A stretch of 63,568 nucleotides of DNA, the filler included, from Bigelowiella natans CCMP2755 (lineage: Eukaryota > Protista > Cercozoa), in assembly GCA_000320545.1 (NCBI GenBank). It is 13 parts of 13 records of this genome, joined end to end, with 100 filler letters (N's around TTAATTAATTAA, not from the genome) between each part and the next. Parts side by side here need not be neighbours in the genome. Positions count along the whole stretch, not along the records: positions 1 to 2,204 come from ADNK01002287.1; positions 2,305 to 21,600 come from ADNK01003524.1; 11 more parts are not named here. One strand, 5' to 3'. Below, piece after piece: positions 1-12,520 of this stretch (positions are counted from its first letter, which is position 1; the number at the start of each line of letters is the position of its first letter). The position numbers and the translations under genes are program-made. The notes under the pieces were generated by a model. That model was not told the origin of the DNA. It made no database searches and was given only the letters and a program-made list of their open reading frames with translations.

Positions 1-1
1 G

Positions 2-772
2 TAATCCAGGGTAGCCTAGATAGACAATCTTCATGCGCCAATCGTCGTTCACCCTGACCTTATTGTTTCCATATTCCACATCGAACTTAGGTCGGGGTCC
101 TAAACAAGGCATTGCTCGCTCCCACACAGTAGGGTTTACTTTAACATCCTCTAGGAGCTTCTCACCGATATCATAATTCTTTAGGTGACTGATGTGGCGC
201 AAGGTGACCCTGTTCCCATCATAGATGTAGTACTGCTTCCTCCCCTTCCTCTCGGTAACCTTTGCAACGCCACCCCAGAAGGGGTCTTGTTTATTTCTCG
301 ATCTCAGATTTACCTTGGCCCTAACATACTGTCCTTCCTTTAGAACTCGGCCATCGTACGGGACCTTCTCGTCTTCGCTCTCGGTATCGTCGTCGTTGTC
401 GTCGCCTTCTTCCCTCTCCTTATCCTTGATACCTCCCCCAGACGTGAAGGTGTCGTTTACTAACCCTTGTATCTTGTCTGGTGTGGTGCTATTTATCCTG
501 CTTAGGTTGGCCAAGGTGCGGTGGAGTCGCTCTACCTTGGAGTTGGACTGGGCATAGTATACAGGTGAGGCATCAATATTAGGGTGTGGTAGCTGTAGAA
601 GAGAGGTCTCATTATCCACATGTAACTTCTTTGGTATCTTGTTTATGCTAACTTCATCAGGGATAGCCTGGAGCTCAGACTCCCAGGTACGGTAGCAGTT
701 AGTAAGCCTCTGCTTATATAAGCCTTTGTTCTTCTTAGCAACGTTGACCTTCGAACTTAGGAGTATGCAACA
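2..772 (-). mobile_element. Ty3/Gypsy-type integrase fragment (core and GPY/F-like region), N-truncated, runs off the window start
   Basis: Hand translation of an open frame absent from the ORF track: IPKKLHVDNE...SPVYYAQSNSKVERLHRTL (second D and E of the DDE core), LKEGQYVRAKV..KQDPFWGGVAKV and RHISHLKNY (GPY/F and HVSxLKxY-like motifs). Confidence 0.85.
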
Positions 773-2204
773 TTAATGACGAAGACGCTAACAGGACTAT
801 CAAAGTTGCTATGACCAAGGTTAAAGTTAAAATTTGCACGATATCTAAGAAGTTCCTTGCTTTGATTTTCTTAGATGCACGGCTCTTGCTGGACTCCTTG
901 GTGGCGACGCAAGAAGGTTAGGACTATTGGATCAAGTGACTAAGAAAGAACGTAAATATGCTCAAGCAGACGGAAGCTCTTCCATGAAGACCGTCGGTGA
1001 GCTAATGCTAAAGCTACAGATACCTGGCAGCGACGCGGAGACCCAAATCAAGACCCGAGTAGCCATGACTTTATCCATGGAACTACTCCTCGGACAGGAT
1101 GCCCTAGAAAAATTAGGGGGGATCATATCATTCTACAATCACAAGATATACTTTGCTAAGTTGCCAAAGAAGTCAGGCAGGACCATCAGCCAGAACATGA
1201 TACGGCTTGACGAGTGGACCTCTGAGTCAAGCGTTAATGCGTTAGAGTTTATGGACCTAGCGGACAACAAGCTACCTACACCTACCGAGCTACGGAAGAA
1301 GAACCCCGGCAAGACCATCCGACAGATAACGGAGCTACTGGACAAGACCCCCCCAGCTGATGATTGGGATATCGACAAAGGCAAAAAGTACATTAATAAA
1401 ATATTAAACGAGAAGTACTCTGACATCACCAAGCCGACGACGAAGCCCTCCAGCAAGCTTACCCCAGTAAAGATCGAGCTAAAGAAGGGATACGAAGAGT
1501 GCATCATCAATGACCCAGAACATAGGCGACCGGAAGCGGACTGGGAAAAGATAGAGTGGCAGATCAATGAATGGGCAAAGGAAGGGAAGATAGAGCCAAG
1601 CAACTCACCATGGAACGTGAGACATGTGCTAGCTAAGAAACCTACTTACCCTTTCTTCCGCCTGGCGCACAACTTCATCCGCCACAACCGAGTAATAAAG
1701 AGGATCCAGACACCTACACCAAGGATAGATGACGTTATTGAACACGTCATAGGATACAAATACTACTCTTCCCTAGATAAAAATGAATCATACATGCAGA
1801 CACCCATCCACAAAACCTCCCGCCCCATTACCGCGTTCTCCAGCAGGCACAGGAAGTGGCACTTCGTCGTATTCCCTTACGGCCTAAGCATATCAGGGGA
1901 TGCGTTCAGTAGTCAGAACTACAGGGCATACACACATGATGGGATGGCGTCTGTGTTGTGGGTGTTTGTGTTTGTGTATGTGGATGATGACATAATATGT
2001 ACCAACACAGTCGTCGCTCAGATCTTCCTCCTGGAAAATATATTTATTAGGTTTGCACACTTCGGTTTTACTATTAGACTGCAGAAGTGTACATTCCTAG
2101 CTACAAGAATCAAGTGGTGTGGATATTACCTGGAGCAAGGCCGCATCACCCCAAACCCCGAGAAAGTAGCAGCACTACAGCAAGCCCCTAAACCTAAGAA
2201 TGCA
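755..2204 (+). mobile_element. Ty3/Gypsy LTR retrotransposon pol (aspartic protease and reverse transcriptase), degenerate, 3'-truncated by contig end
   Basis: ORF 927-2204 has LLLGQDALEKLG (protease C-terminal motif), GKIEPSNSPW, YYSSLDKNESYMQ, FPYGL, YVDD and KCTFLATRIKWCGY. The protease active-site region (~860-880) is frameshifted relative to the upstream frame. Confidence 0.92.
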
Positions 2205-2304
2205 NNNNNNNNNNNNNNNNNNNNNNNNNNNNNNNNNNNNNNNNNNNNTTAATTAATTAANNNNNNNNNNNNNNNNNNNNNNNNNNNNNNNNNNNNNNNN
2301 NNNN
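2205..2304. other. Artificial contig linker. Identical linkers at 21601-21700, 22840-22939, 25228-25327, 28947-29046, 32676-32775, 37781-37880, 53109-53208, 55418-55517, 56912-57011, 58736-58835, 62167-62266
   Basis: N44-TTAATTAATTAA-N44, which gives stops in all six frames, repeated 12 times. Confidence 0.99.
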
Positions 2305-3665
2305 AAACAAAAACCCCCCCCCGCGAGGGGGGGGGAGGCCCTCCTGTCCCCCGCCCCCCCCCAATATAAAGTTTAACACCCAAACCAACCCCCTGGGGGC
2401 AACCCCGTTATTGGCCCCCCCAGGGGGGGGAAACCCCCCCCAAACCCCCCCCCCCCCCCCGCCGCCGCCCGCCAGATTGCGGCCCGACCTCCCGGTGAAG
2501 ATTCGGATGATTGATGGCGCAAATGGCGGTCGGGAGGGTGCTGCGGGCGATACGGGCAGGGGGGGGGCTGCTCCTTGTCGTTTCTCCTCTCCTGCTGTAC
2601 CCATCACCGGCTTGCCTCCACTGTTATCGTTCGAATGTCTACTCTTATGATTGCCGCCGCTCTGCGACTCGACGGCCTCCCCCCCCCTCCCCAGCTGTGG
2701 TTCTTGTGTGCCACTCTGTCTTCTCCTCCCGCCCATTTTTGCTGCTTTCTTCTTCTTCTTCTTCTTCTTCTTCTTTTCCGTGGGATGGCGGTTGGCTGCC
2801 AGCCCCTGCACCTGGCGCCTCAATCGCCGAACCAATCTTTCTGCGGGGGTCATCAGCGGGTGGGTCTGCGTCAGCGAGCCTGGCACTCCTCTCCCCCCCC
2901 CCCCGCCCCTCTCCCCTCTGAGCGGGGGCGGGGGTCCGTTTTCCGCTGCCGCTCCATTCCGGGCCCTCCTCGTCCTCACGACCATCATCGTCGGAGGCGG
3001 CATGCGGTTGGGGTGCGGCGAGCTGAAGAGCTGGATGGGCGTTTGCCCGAACTGTGCAATCTGCAGCTTGACGGCGTCCTTCATCACCTGATCGTACTGG
3101 AGGTGGCGCGCTTGTTGCAGGAGCGCCTCGCCCCCCTCGTAGGTCAGGTGGTGGAAGAGGTTGTGCGCCTCGAGCGCCGCCCTGCCCCTCTGGCGGTAGC
3201 CGAAGATGAAGTCCACCCACCGGGGGAGGTGCCTGGAGACGTGCTCAGACTCCAGGGCGGCGCGATTCACGGCGACCAAGAGCGAGTGGTCGCCCTGCGC
3301 CCAGGGGGGGAGGACGACGTCCCCCACGACACTTCTGTCCTGCTTCGCGCCGAGATCGAAGCCGTTGAGGTTCCGGAGGAAGGAGGGCAGGTAGAAGAAC
3401 TCCGGGATGAGCTCTTTGAACGAGGAGGGGCTGCTGATGCAATACTCCCACGTCTGCCGCACGTTGGAGAACAGCCGGTCGGAGAAGTCAAAGCGCCCCC
3501 CCTGCAGCTCCTTGTGGAGGCTGGCGAAGGGCTCGAGACGCAGCAGGAAGAAGCACACGATGGCGGCGTTGGAGTAGTGCGAGCCGTAGTGGAACGGCGG
3601 GACGTTTGTGTCGCCGAAAGACTGGAAACGCTCTAGCACCTGCTTCAGCCTGGTGGGGTTATTGC

Positions 3666-3704
<39 letters not shown>

Positions 3705-6700
3705 TGTGCACATACAACATACATCATTCGTGGATAACCCCATCCCCCCACCCCCCCTCTTTCTCTCTCTCCCTCGTTCGTCGCTAGTAGCAGTAGTAGT
3801 AGTAGTAGTAGTAGTAGTGGTTGTTGTAGTTGCAGTTGGTGCGTCTACCTCTGTGGGTCGATGGCTCCCATGGGCTTCGAGAGGTCGCGGAACACGCTCG
3901 CGCAGTATTTCGAGTCGGCAGGGCCACAAATCACGTCCAGCAATGTTACAGGATGCTGCTGCTGCTGCTGCTGCTGCTGATGGCTCGCCTTCTCTGCGTC
4001 TTTCCCATCTTTCGATTCCCTCCTCACTGGAGAAGAAGGGCCGCCATTATCATCAGCATGAGCAGCGCCTCCTGCTGCTGTGGTGGTTGCTGTCGCAGCC
4101 GCAGCCGCAGCATCCTTAAGCACGGAGGTGAGCGCTGAGCTCTCGTAGTCTCTCAAGATCCACGGGAAGACAGGGTACTGGTTGAGATCGTTGAAGCTGC
4201 GGCCGCTGATGGTGTTCAGGTGCATCAGGTACTCGAAGTTGGTGATTTCCCTCCGGACCCACCGCTGCGTCACGAGGCTCCTCTCCAGCAACGACCGCGA
4301 GGGCCGCGCGCATATCGTCAGAAGGCGCGGCGGCTTGATGCCCAGCAGGTGCCGGAGGAAGGCCTTCTGGTTCTCCTTGGAAGAGAGGTGCAGGAAGACG
4401 GTCTCGCCGCTCGAGAAGAAGAGCTCCACGGCCGTGTGGTGGAGCCGGTAGCGGCGCCGATACGCGGCGACGAGCTCGCTCATTCGCCAAGAGTACGGAC
4501 GTGTCGCCTGCCTCCGCGCCTGCTCGAGGGCCGATGTGGCGGTGAGAACGCTCCTTCGCCGCTGGGGATCGCTGGCACTACCGCCGCTGCTGCTGCCGGT
4601 GCTGCTGCTCCGCAGACCACCCCCCCCCCCATCTCCCGATGATGAAGGGCTGCTGTTGTGGGCAGCCGCTTCTTCTTGTTCACTAATATGCGTCGTCGTC
4701 GTCGTCGTCTCGGGGCCATCTCCATCCTGTTGGTTCTTTGCAATTCGATCGTCCCAACCTTGCTGCTGCTCCCCTCCTCCTGAGCCGTCTGTTAAGGCTC
4801 CTTCCTTCTGGCCTGCCTTCTTATTGCCCTCATCAGCATCGCCCGGGCCAGACGCTGCTGCTGCTGCTGGCGGCGGCGGTGCCGCCGCCACCTCAACGGG
4901 GGAGTTGTTGTTGCTGCTGCTCCTTCTGCCATGGCCATTGCCTTCATCGTTGTCATCACCACCACCGTCGTGATGGGGGAAGGGGCTGGAGCTCGTGTTT
5001 CGGCTGTCGATGGGTGAGAAATGAATGAATTTCTTGAAGAGGCCCACCTGGCCTGGGAGCGTGATGACCGGCGTCACCATCGAAGCGGTGACCTGATACG
5101 CGCATTCGTTGACCAAGGCCTCTGGGCAGTATGTCTCCCCGTGCTGGCGCAACCGGCGCATGTGGGAGGCGGAGGAGGAGGAGGAGGAGGAGGAGGAGAA
5201 GGAGGAGGATGGCGCTGCGATGTAGGATGGGAGATTGAAAGGATACGAGGAGGGAGACGAGGCATGGCAATTGACTTTGCTATTTTTATGGTCGTCGCCG
5301 CTGCTGCTACTTCCGTCGTTGCTAGCTTGGCTCGCGCCCCCATCCTCTGCAGCGAGGTGTCGTTTCCAATCGCCCTCCGTCTGACTCAAGCGAGCTTCCC
5401 CTCCCCCTTTTTTTGGCGCCGTGACCGTAGCGGCGGTGATGATCGTGGAGAAGGCCGCGGGGCCTGCTGCTGCTGCTGTTACGTCGGGGCCACTATCACT
5501 TGTTAGAGAGGGAAAAGGCCGTAACCGTCGTCGGCAACGCCACCGATCTTCAAGAGGGTCAAGCTCGAGTGCGACCCGTGGCTCTTTTTGCTGCCGCCAG
5601 TTGTAATGGTGAGAGCGCTTGGCCATCTTCTTCCTCCTCCCCTTCTTCCCTGTATTCTTGTCGACTTCGGTCTCTCCCGCACCGCTCTTCGGAGCCTCAC
5701 GCCGATGCTGTTCCCCCCCCTCGTCCCCTTCCTCCCCTCCCCCTCCCCCCCCTTCACCGGTGAGAGTGGGCTGGGCAATGGGTAAAAGGGCTTTTTGGCA
5801 GTTGGCGTAGGCCTCTATACAGGACGCGTATTGAAGAGAGGCCTCCCGCGCCCGTGACCCGATGAGCTTCAGCTCGACATCAAACAGCGCCGTGGCCGCT
5901 CGCACCGCCTCTCGCAGCGGTTTGCTGTAGTCTCTCTGCAGGGTCGTTGCCTCGTGCCTGCTTCGAGACCCCAGCGCATCTAGTCCCGCGACCAGATTCT
6001 CCGCGAGGCGGCTCATCCTGGCAGCGGTGGGTGGAAGGGCAGGTGGAAGGGGGGGGGGGGGCGGGGCGGTGCTGGTGGTGCTAGAAGGACCACGACGGGT
6101 GGCGGTGGTGTTTGTTGCGCTGGCGGCGATGATTACACCCTTCTTCTCCAGATGTTGCTTCGGGGATGATGATGGCGACGATGCGATGTTCGCCGATGAT
6201 GGCTTGCGCGAAGGAGCGCCATCCTCGCCGCTGGCGTCGTCTCCGCAGCTGTCTTCATTATTGTTTTTGCTGCCGCCGTCGCGCGGGAGCACCGGCGGCG
6301 TGAGAGAAGCGGGGTTGCTGTTGCGATTATTAGCTTGCTGGCCTTCTGCTCTCGCCGGTGTGGTGGTCGCTGAAGTTGTTGTAGGAGTGGTTTCGGCAGC
6401 CGCGTAGAAACCCACGTTAGTTCTAGTCTTACTCTTCCTATCATCGTCAGTGCTACGGCCCCTGGAGTTCCGTGGTGGCAGGGGGGGGATAGGGGGAGGA
6501 GCCAGCCTAGAGGTGATCTTCATCGCGACGTTTGCGCACTCGAGCACGTAATGGCGGCATATCTGCTCGAATTTGGTGTAGAAGTAGCTGGTATCACGGC
6601 TCTTTTGATTCTGGCTGCTTGTCCCCTCCTCCCCGGCGCTCTCGACGGCCATTGTGACCTTCTTCTTGAACAGATGGCGACTCGGTAGCAACGGCACGAG

Positions 6701-7019
6701 GGTCATTGATTCGGTCTCAAGGGCCAAGGGAATGAATGCGACGAAAGCCTGATGATGGTGATGGTGGTGATGATTAATGATGATGATGCGGTTGGAAAGA
6801 TGGAGGAGGAGGAGGAGGAGGAGGAGGAGGGAAGGCCGTCAGAAAGGGGCATTTTCCGCACACTACAAAGCACTTGTGTAAAAGTTTCTCTAGATCTCTT
6901 ATAGTAGCAATGAAGACGCCGACTATGTTTCGATGATGTGGCATACATTCCCGATGAGTAATACATCTCGCATTTGTTTTTTTTGAGAAAGCAGTCCTTG
7001 ACAGCCGCTCAGCACACAG

Positions 7020-7061
<42 letters not shown>

Positions 7062-9017
7062 CCGCCTTGTTTTACGTAAACAATGATAATGCGATCGTAC
7101 CGTCGCGTTGGCGTTCAGACTCACCCTGGGGAAGGAATTGCGGAGCTGCAACAGCGCGGCGGTCACTTCTTCTTCGCTCACCGCCCTCCGCCCTCCCCCT
7201 CCAGCAGCAGCAGCAGCGAACAGGTCGGAGGACTGCACCACTGCAAAAGCGCAGATTCTGGTCACTGCATTCTCGAAGCCCTTTCTCAAGGCTGAAACGC
7301 TGCGTCCGATAACAGCAATACCGGTAGAAGACTGGTCGCCGCCGCCGCCGCTGCTGCTGCTGCTGCTGCCTCTTCCTAATGGGAGAAGGCTCCTCGCAAT
7401 CTGGGATAATCTTACGACAGTCATCGCGGCGTAGACATGGCGGTTGCCCTCCGGAAGCGGAGATCCCGATATAATCTTCTCGATGTTCTTTTCTTGCTTA
7501 ATACACCCTATCGCGTGTTGGTACTTCCTTCGCTGCGCCTCCTCTTCGCCCTCTTTCCAGCCCGCGGTCGTTGCCGCCGGCGCCGCTCGGGGGGGGGGCG
7601 CTACGAAGTCCCCGATTACCTCGAGCATCTGCACGATCTCGGCCCGTAAAACGGCCACAGAAGGGTGCTGCTGCTTCTGGCTCGTTTCCTCTCTCTGTGG
7701 TGGTGGTGGTGGTGATGGTGATGACGGTGATGACGGTGATGACGGTGATGACGGTGATGACGGTGATGACGATGATGATTCCATCGAAGCCGCCGCCGCC
7801 TCCTCGACGAAGGCTGAGACGAGGTTGGACAGGCAGTCGAGGGCGACTCGGAGAAGCCCTCTGGTCGGATTACCAAGCCTTGGAGAGGAGTACACCGGAG
7901 GCATGCTGCGGCTATTTGCGGAAGACGACGACGATGAGAACACGGAGGAGGGCGTGGACGAGGAGGAGGAGGAGGAGGAGGCGGCGCCTGAAGAGGAGGA
8001 TGAAAAGAACGAGCCGAAGATGCTGCGCTTCTGCCTCGCAGGGCGGAACGGGAGCTTCGCCGTCCTGAAGAGATCCCGGAGGAGCCACACGCACTCGGAC
8101 CATTGCGAAAACCAGGTAAAAAACGCTCTGTTGGCACTCTTCCTCGACGACGGCAAGGAGGGGCCGCAATCAGCAGCCGTCGGGGCGGCGAAGTAATAGT
8201 GTAGCGATGTCAGTGTTGCTGTTGGTACTAGCGATGCCGCCTTAGAATCGTAGCCAGATTCGCCCTCCGTCCCGAGCCCCCTCCCCTCGCCGCCTCTCCT
8301 GTTCAACCCGGCCGGGAAGGGGGCGGGGCAGGACGTGTAGACGACATGCTCGAGCAGATCTACGAGTGACAGAAGGTTTGATGTGATTGTCTTGGCGTTG
8401 CTCATGAATGCTTGGCGGACCCTTCTCCCTTCACCGAGCAGCCCCTTGCAGATTTCTATGAAGAGCTCTCGCGTATCACGACGAAACTGGTTTGTCTGTC
8501 TGCCCCCGGCCCTGATCTCGAGCAGCGCCACCGCCTCCTGGAGCCTCTCGGAGGTCAGACTCGATTCGCACGCCAGCAGCACGAATATCCGCGCTACGAC
8601 TTGGATTTCTGATGCTGCTGCTGTAACTATACGGGGAGGTATGCTGGCAGTCGAAGCTTCATCTTGCCGCTTTCGCACCTCCTCCTCCTTCTCCTCCTCC
8701 TCCTCCTTTCGTTGCTGCTGCTGCTGGATCGCTCTCGAGAAGATGACCTTCCAGAAGAGAGGCTCCCCGGCCAGGGCGTGGCCATTGTGCGCTGCGTCGT
8801 CTTGCTTGACGAGGAGGGAGATATCCGAGATGACGCACTCCGGAGACACCAGGCTATTCTCGCCGGCGGAGAGCTCCAGAGCCAGGGCGAGCAGGTTCGG
8901 GCGCAGGATCAGAAGCGCCCTCTTGCGCGCCAGCATTAAACCCGCTAACAACGGTCGGCGGCGGCGACGGCCATAGCGGCGGCTGGCTTTCTCGCTTAAG
9001 ACTCCTTCCGCCACCGC

Positions 9018-9051
<34 letters not shown>

Positions 9052-9945
9052 GTGGTGGTGATGGTGGTGGTGGTGGCCGTCATGGAGGCCTCCTCCCTCT
9101 GAACCTCCTCGAAGCATGCGCCAACAGGATCGATGGATCCTAGGGTGCCGGGGGGGCATCCGGTGCAGATCTCCAGGAGGGCGGCGTATGTTGCTACCTC
9201 AAAGACGACGCCGCCGGACGGAGCAGAAAGGCCGATCCGCAGCATATCAATCACGCCGGCGCTGAACCTCGTCGAGAATATGGAGGCGGAGGAGCCGCTG
9301 CTGCTACCCTGATAAGCCGCGGCTGCTGCGGCCGAGGCGTTGACTGCGCCCGTGGAACGCGGCAGCGCAGACGGTGGTGGCAGGGTCGTGGCGCATAGAA
9401 GCTGAAGAGTGGCGGAGATGCATGGCCGGCAGGCGTGGAACGAATGCGAAGAGAAACACGGCGACGCGGAGGCGTCAGAGGAGGGAAGGGAGCCGCTGTC
9501 AGTCACGCTCGGGGGTCGTCGCCGCCGCGTTGAAGAACCGGAAGCGAGCAGCGCAAGGAGGACCGAGGGAGCCCCGGCCAGGGCCAATGCCCTCGAGGCC
9601 TGCGCGGGCGCCGATGTGACAATTTGGCAGAGCAAAGAGAACAGCTCCGCGGCATGCACGGGGTCCAGATTCACCGACGCGACGGCGTCCCGGAACAGGA
9701 CTCCGACATCGTATTCTTTGATGACGATGGCGGAGGTTGGCGGGGAAGGAGGCGAGGACATTGTCTCCGAGTTGTTGTTGTTGCTGCTGCTGTTCCTCAT
9801 CTTCTTGCAAGGCACCCGGATGCAGCAGAGCAGTGCCAACAGCGGTACCGCCCGAGTCCTGTATCATTCGCGTTAGGTTGAGGATGGATTAAGCACAAGC
9901 GATAACGAAGGGTAAAAACAAAGTAGTGTAAGATTTATATCGTAG

Positions 9946-9976
<31 letters not shown>

Positions 9977-10281
9977 AGTGATGATGATGACCTTATCTCC
10001 CGCACTGTCTGATTGCGACGAAGTAACAGCATTCGTTCCATAGCACCTGCATCAGCAGCACTGCGATCACCACTGCCGTCATTTCTTCTGCGCCGGTGGA
10101 CAGCTCCCCCCCCCCCCTTCCTGTACGCGTAGCCCAAGTTCATCTTCATGAGTCCGAGCAAGTGGGGTACCGGTACGAGAATCCGGTAGTACGAAGGCCT
10201 GCGAAGAACAGTTTCACAGAAATTAGCTACGTGCGGTCATGCATTGCTGCTGCTGCTGCTGCGATTCGGTGATTTTAAGTC

Positions 10282-10316
<35 letters not shown>

Positions 10317-10476
10317 GTCATCATCATCATTCAAGATAGATCGTTTTTCCAGCCTGCACGTACTGTTTGGATGCGAGCGTAAAGAGCAGGCCCACGACGG
10401 ACTTCATAATGCTTCTTTCGTCGTCGCTGCTGGAACGCGCTCCCCCCCCTTTTACTGCTACTCCGCCTACCGATGG

Positions 10477-10507
<31 letters not shown>

Positions 10508-10791
10508 TTCCTGTCCATCCTACTCCTCCTCCTCCTCCTCTCCATCCTTCGCTGTAGCCGCCACCGATCGACACGCACCCAGCACTCGAAATTGAGGAGG
10601 ATTTCGTGCACAAACTCGTTGAACAGCGTTCTCTCTGCGGCGAGGGAGAGGGGGATGGACGTCGAGACGCCGTCGTATTGATTCTGCACGAAGTCGTAGA
10701 AATGGTAGTAGTGGTAGTGGCCGTCGCCTTCGGTGACGTGGTGGGGGGCGTTTCTCGGCGAAGTGGCATTTGCTTTACTCCTCCTTCTCCC

Positions 10792-10827
<36 letters not shown>

Positions 10828-12486
10828 AATGCTACTGCTGCCTCTACGCAGCCTGGGACGAGTCCGCACCGAACTATTCATGTTCGTCATCACCCCAAAG
10901 TGATGGTGGGGGTCAGAGTAGTAATGATGATGAAGATGATGATGATGATTATGATTTTGGTCCTGCTGCTTGTTTGAACTGCTGCTGCCACCGCTGATGC
11001 TGTTGCTACGCGCTGAAGACCCCGACAATGTCCTCCCCCTTCCTGCTGCTTCGAAGGCAATGCTTCTTCTCAGCTCATAGTTCTTTACGACCACCAGCAT
11101 CTTCTCCCCCCCCTCGTCGTCGTCATCATGCTGCGCCACCTTCTCATGATGGTGCCACGAGAGAACGGCCATTACCGACTTTAACGGGGCGAGTATCTCC
11201 GCCGTGACCAGGGAGGGCTCGAGCCGCCTCAGGAGACAGCCCATCATCGCGAAGAGGCTAATCTTGAGCGCCTCCCAGCGGTGCAAAGGCGACTCGGAGA
11301 GCACGCCTGCGAGAATCCATAGCACGCACGGCAGCAGGCTGTGGTCCTTTCTTTCCTCCGCATACCCCCCTCCCCTCCCATCCTCCTCCTCCTCCTCCTC
11401 CTGCTGCTGCTGCACGCTGATGGCCGAGGACATCCCATGGTGGGCTGTTGGTCTTTGCAGGCACTTCAGGTTCTTGATGATGTTCATCAGCTGCATGATG
11501 CCGCCGGGACAGCTGTGCAGCGCGCAGGAAAAGGAGCCGTAGCGCACCACCCTCACCGCCGGAGAGATGAGGGCGTCGAGGGAAGATTCGAACGTGGCGA
11601 GGGGGGAGAGATCCGTCGCCAGCTGGCACGACATGTTGCTGGTTTGCCCCACGCACTTCGAGCTGTAAAAGAAGCGGAGGCCGCCCTCCCTCTCGTCAAG
11701 AAACTCGAGGTTCTCGAGAGCGCGACGGCGGGACATCGCCTCCTCCTCCGCACGCGCAGAGGACGACGACGCTATGCGCCGGAAGAAGCTGCTGAGCATG
11801 CTCTTCTTGGGCGGCTTGTAGAGCCTTGACGAGGGCTGAAGGTCGGGGCCGTTGCGGAACAGCACGACGACCTGCTCTGGCGTCAGCGGCCGTTGGACGA
11901 GGTAGGCGCTCGCGATTTGCCCTTGGAAGCAAAGCACCCCCCTCGCGGGCTTCCCCGCGGCGGCGGAGGGGGGAGAGGAGGAGGCGGAGGTTTTGTTTTC
12001 TCCCCACCCTGATGCCCGGGACCCGATCGCGCTCTGCACCTGCCCGGTTTTATAGGCGAGGGGGGCCGGGAAGGCCAGCGGCTGGTCTGCCTCCAGAGCG
12101 CCGTCGACCCACACCTGGATCCTGCCGCCGCTGCTAGCGCCTTTCCTCCCCGTGGCCATGGTGCGATGGTGAGAGATGCAGAGGAAGTGCCAGCGGTGTG
12201 CACCGAGGCGCAGGTGCTGCTGTTGGTGCGGAGAGGGGCTCTCTTTCGTGTCGGGGGCATCCGCCCCTCCCCCCTTCCTTGACGCTGGTAATGAGAGAAT
12301 GGGGTGGAGCTCCGACTGGCTCGCGGAGTAGCAGACTTCGTAGAACAATCTTCCCGTGGACCGGCAAATCGACGCTTCGCAGCCGACGCCGCCGCCGTTG
12401 TTGGCACTGCCGCTGTGGCCATCACTCCACACGCTGACGATAGCCCTCCTATTGATTGTGAAAATAATAAGCACGAACAGCGAGGG

Positions 12487-12520
<34 letters not shown>

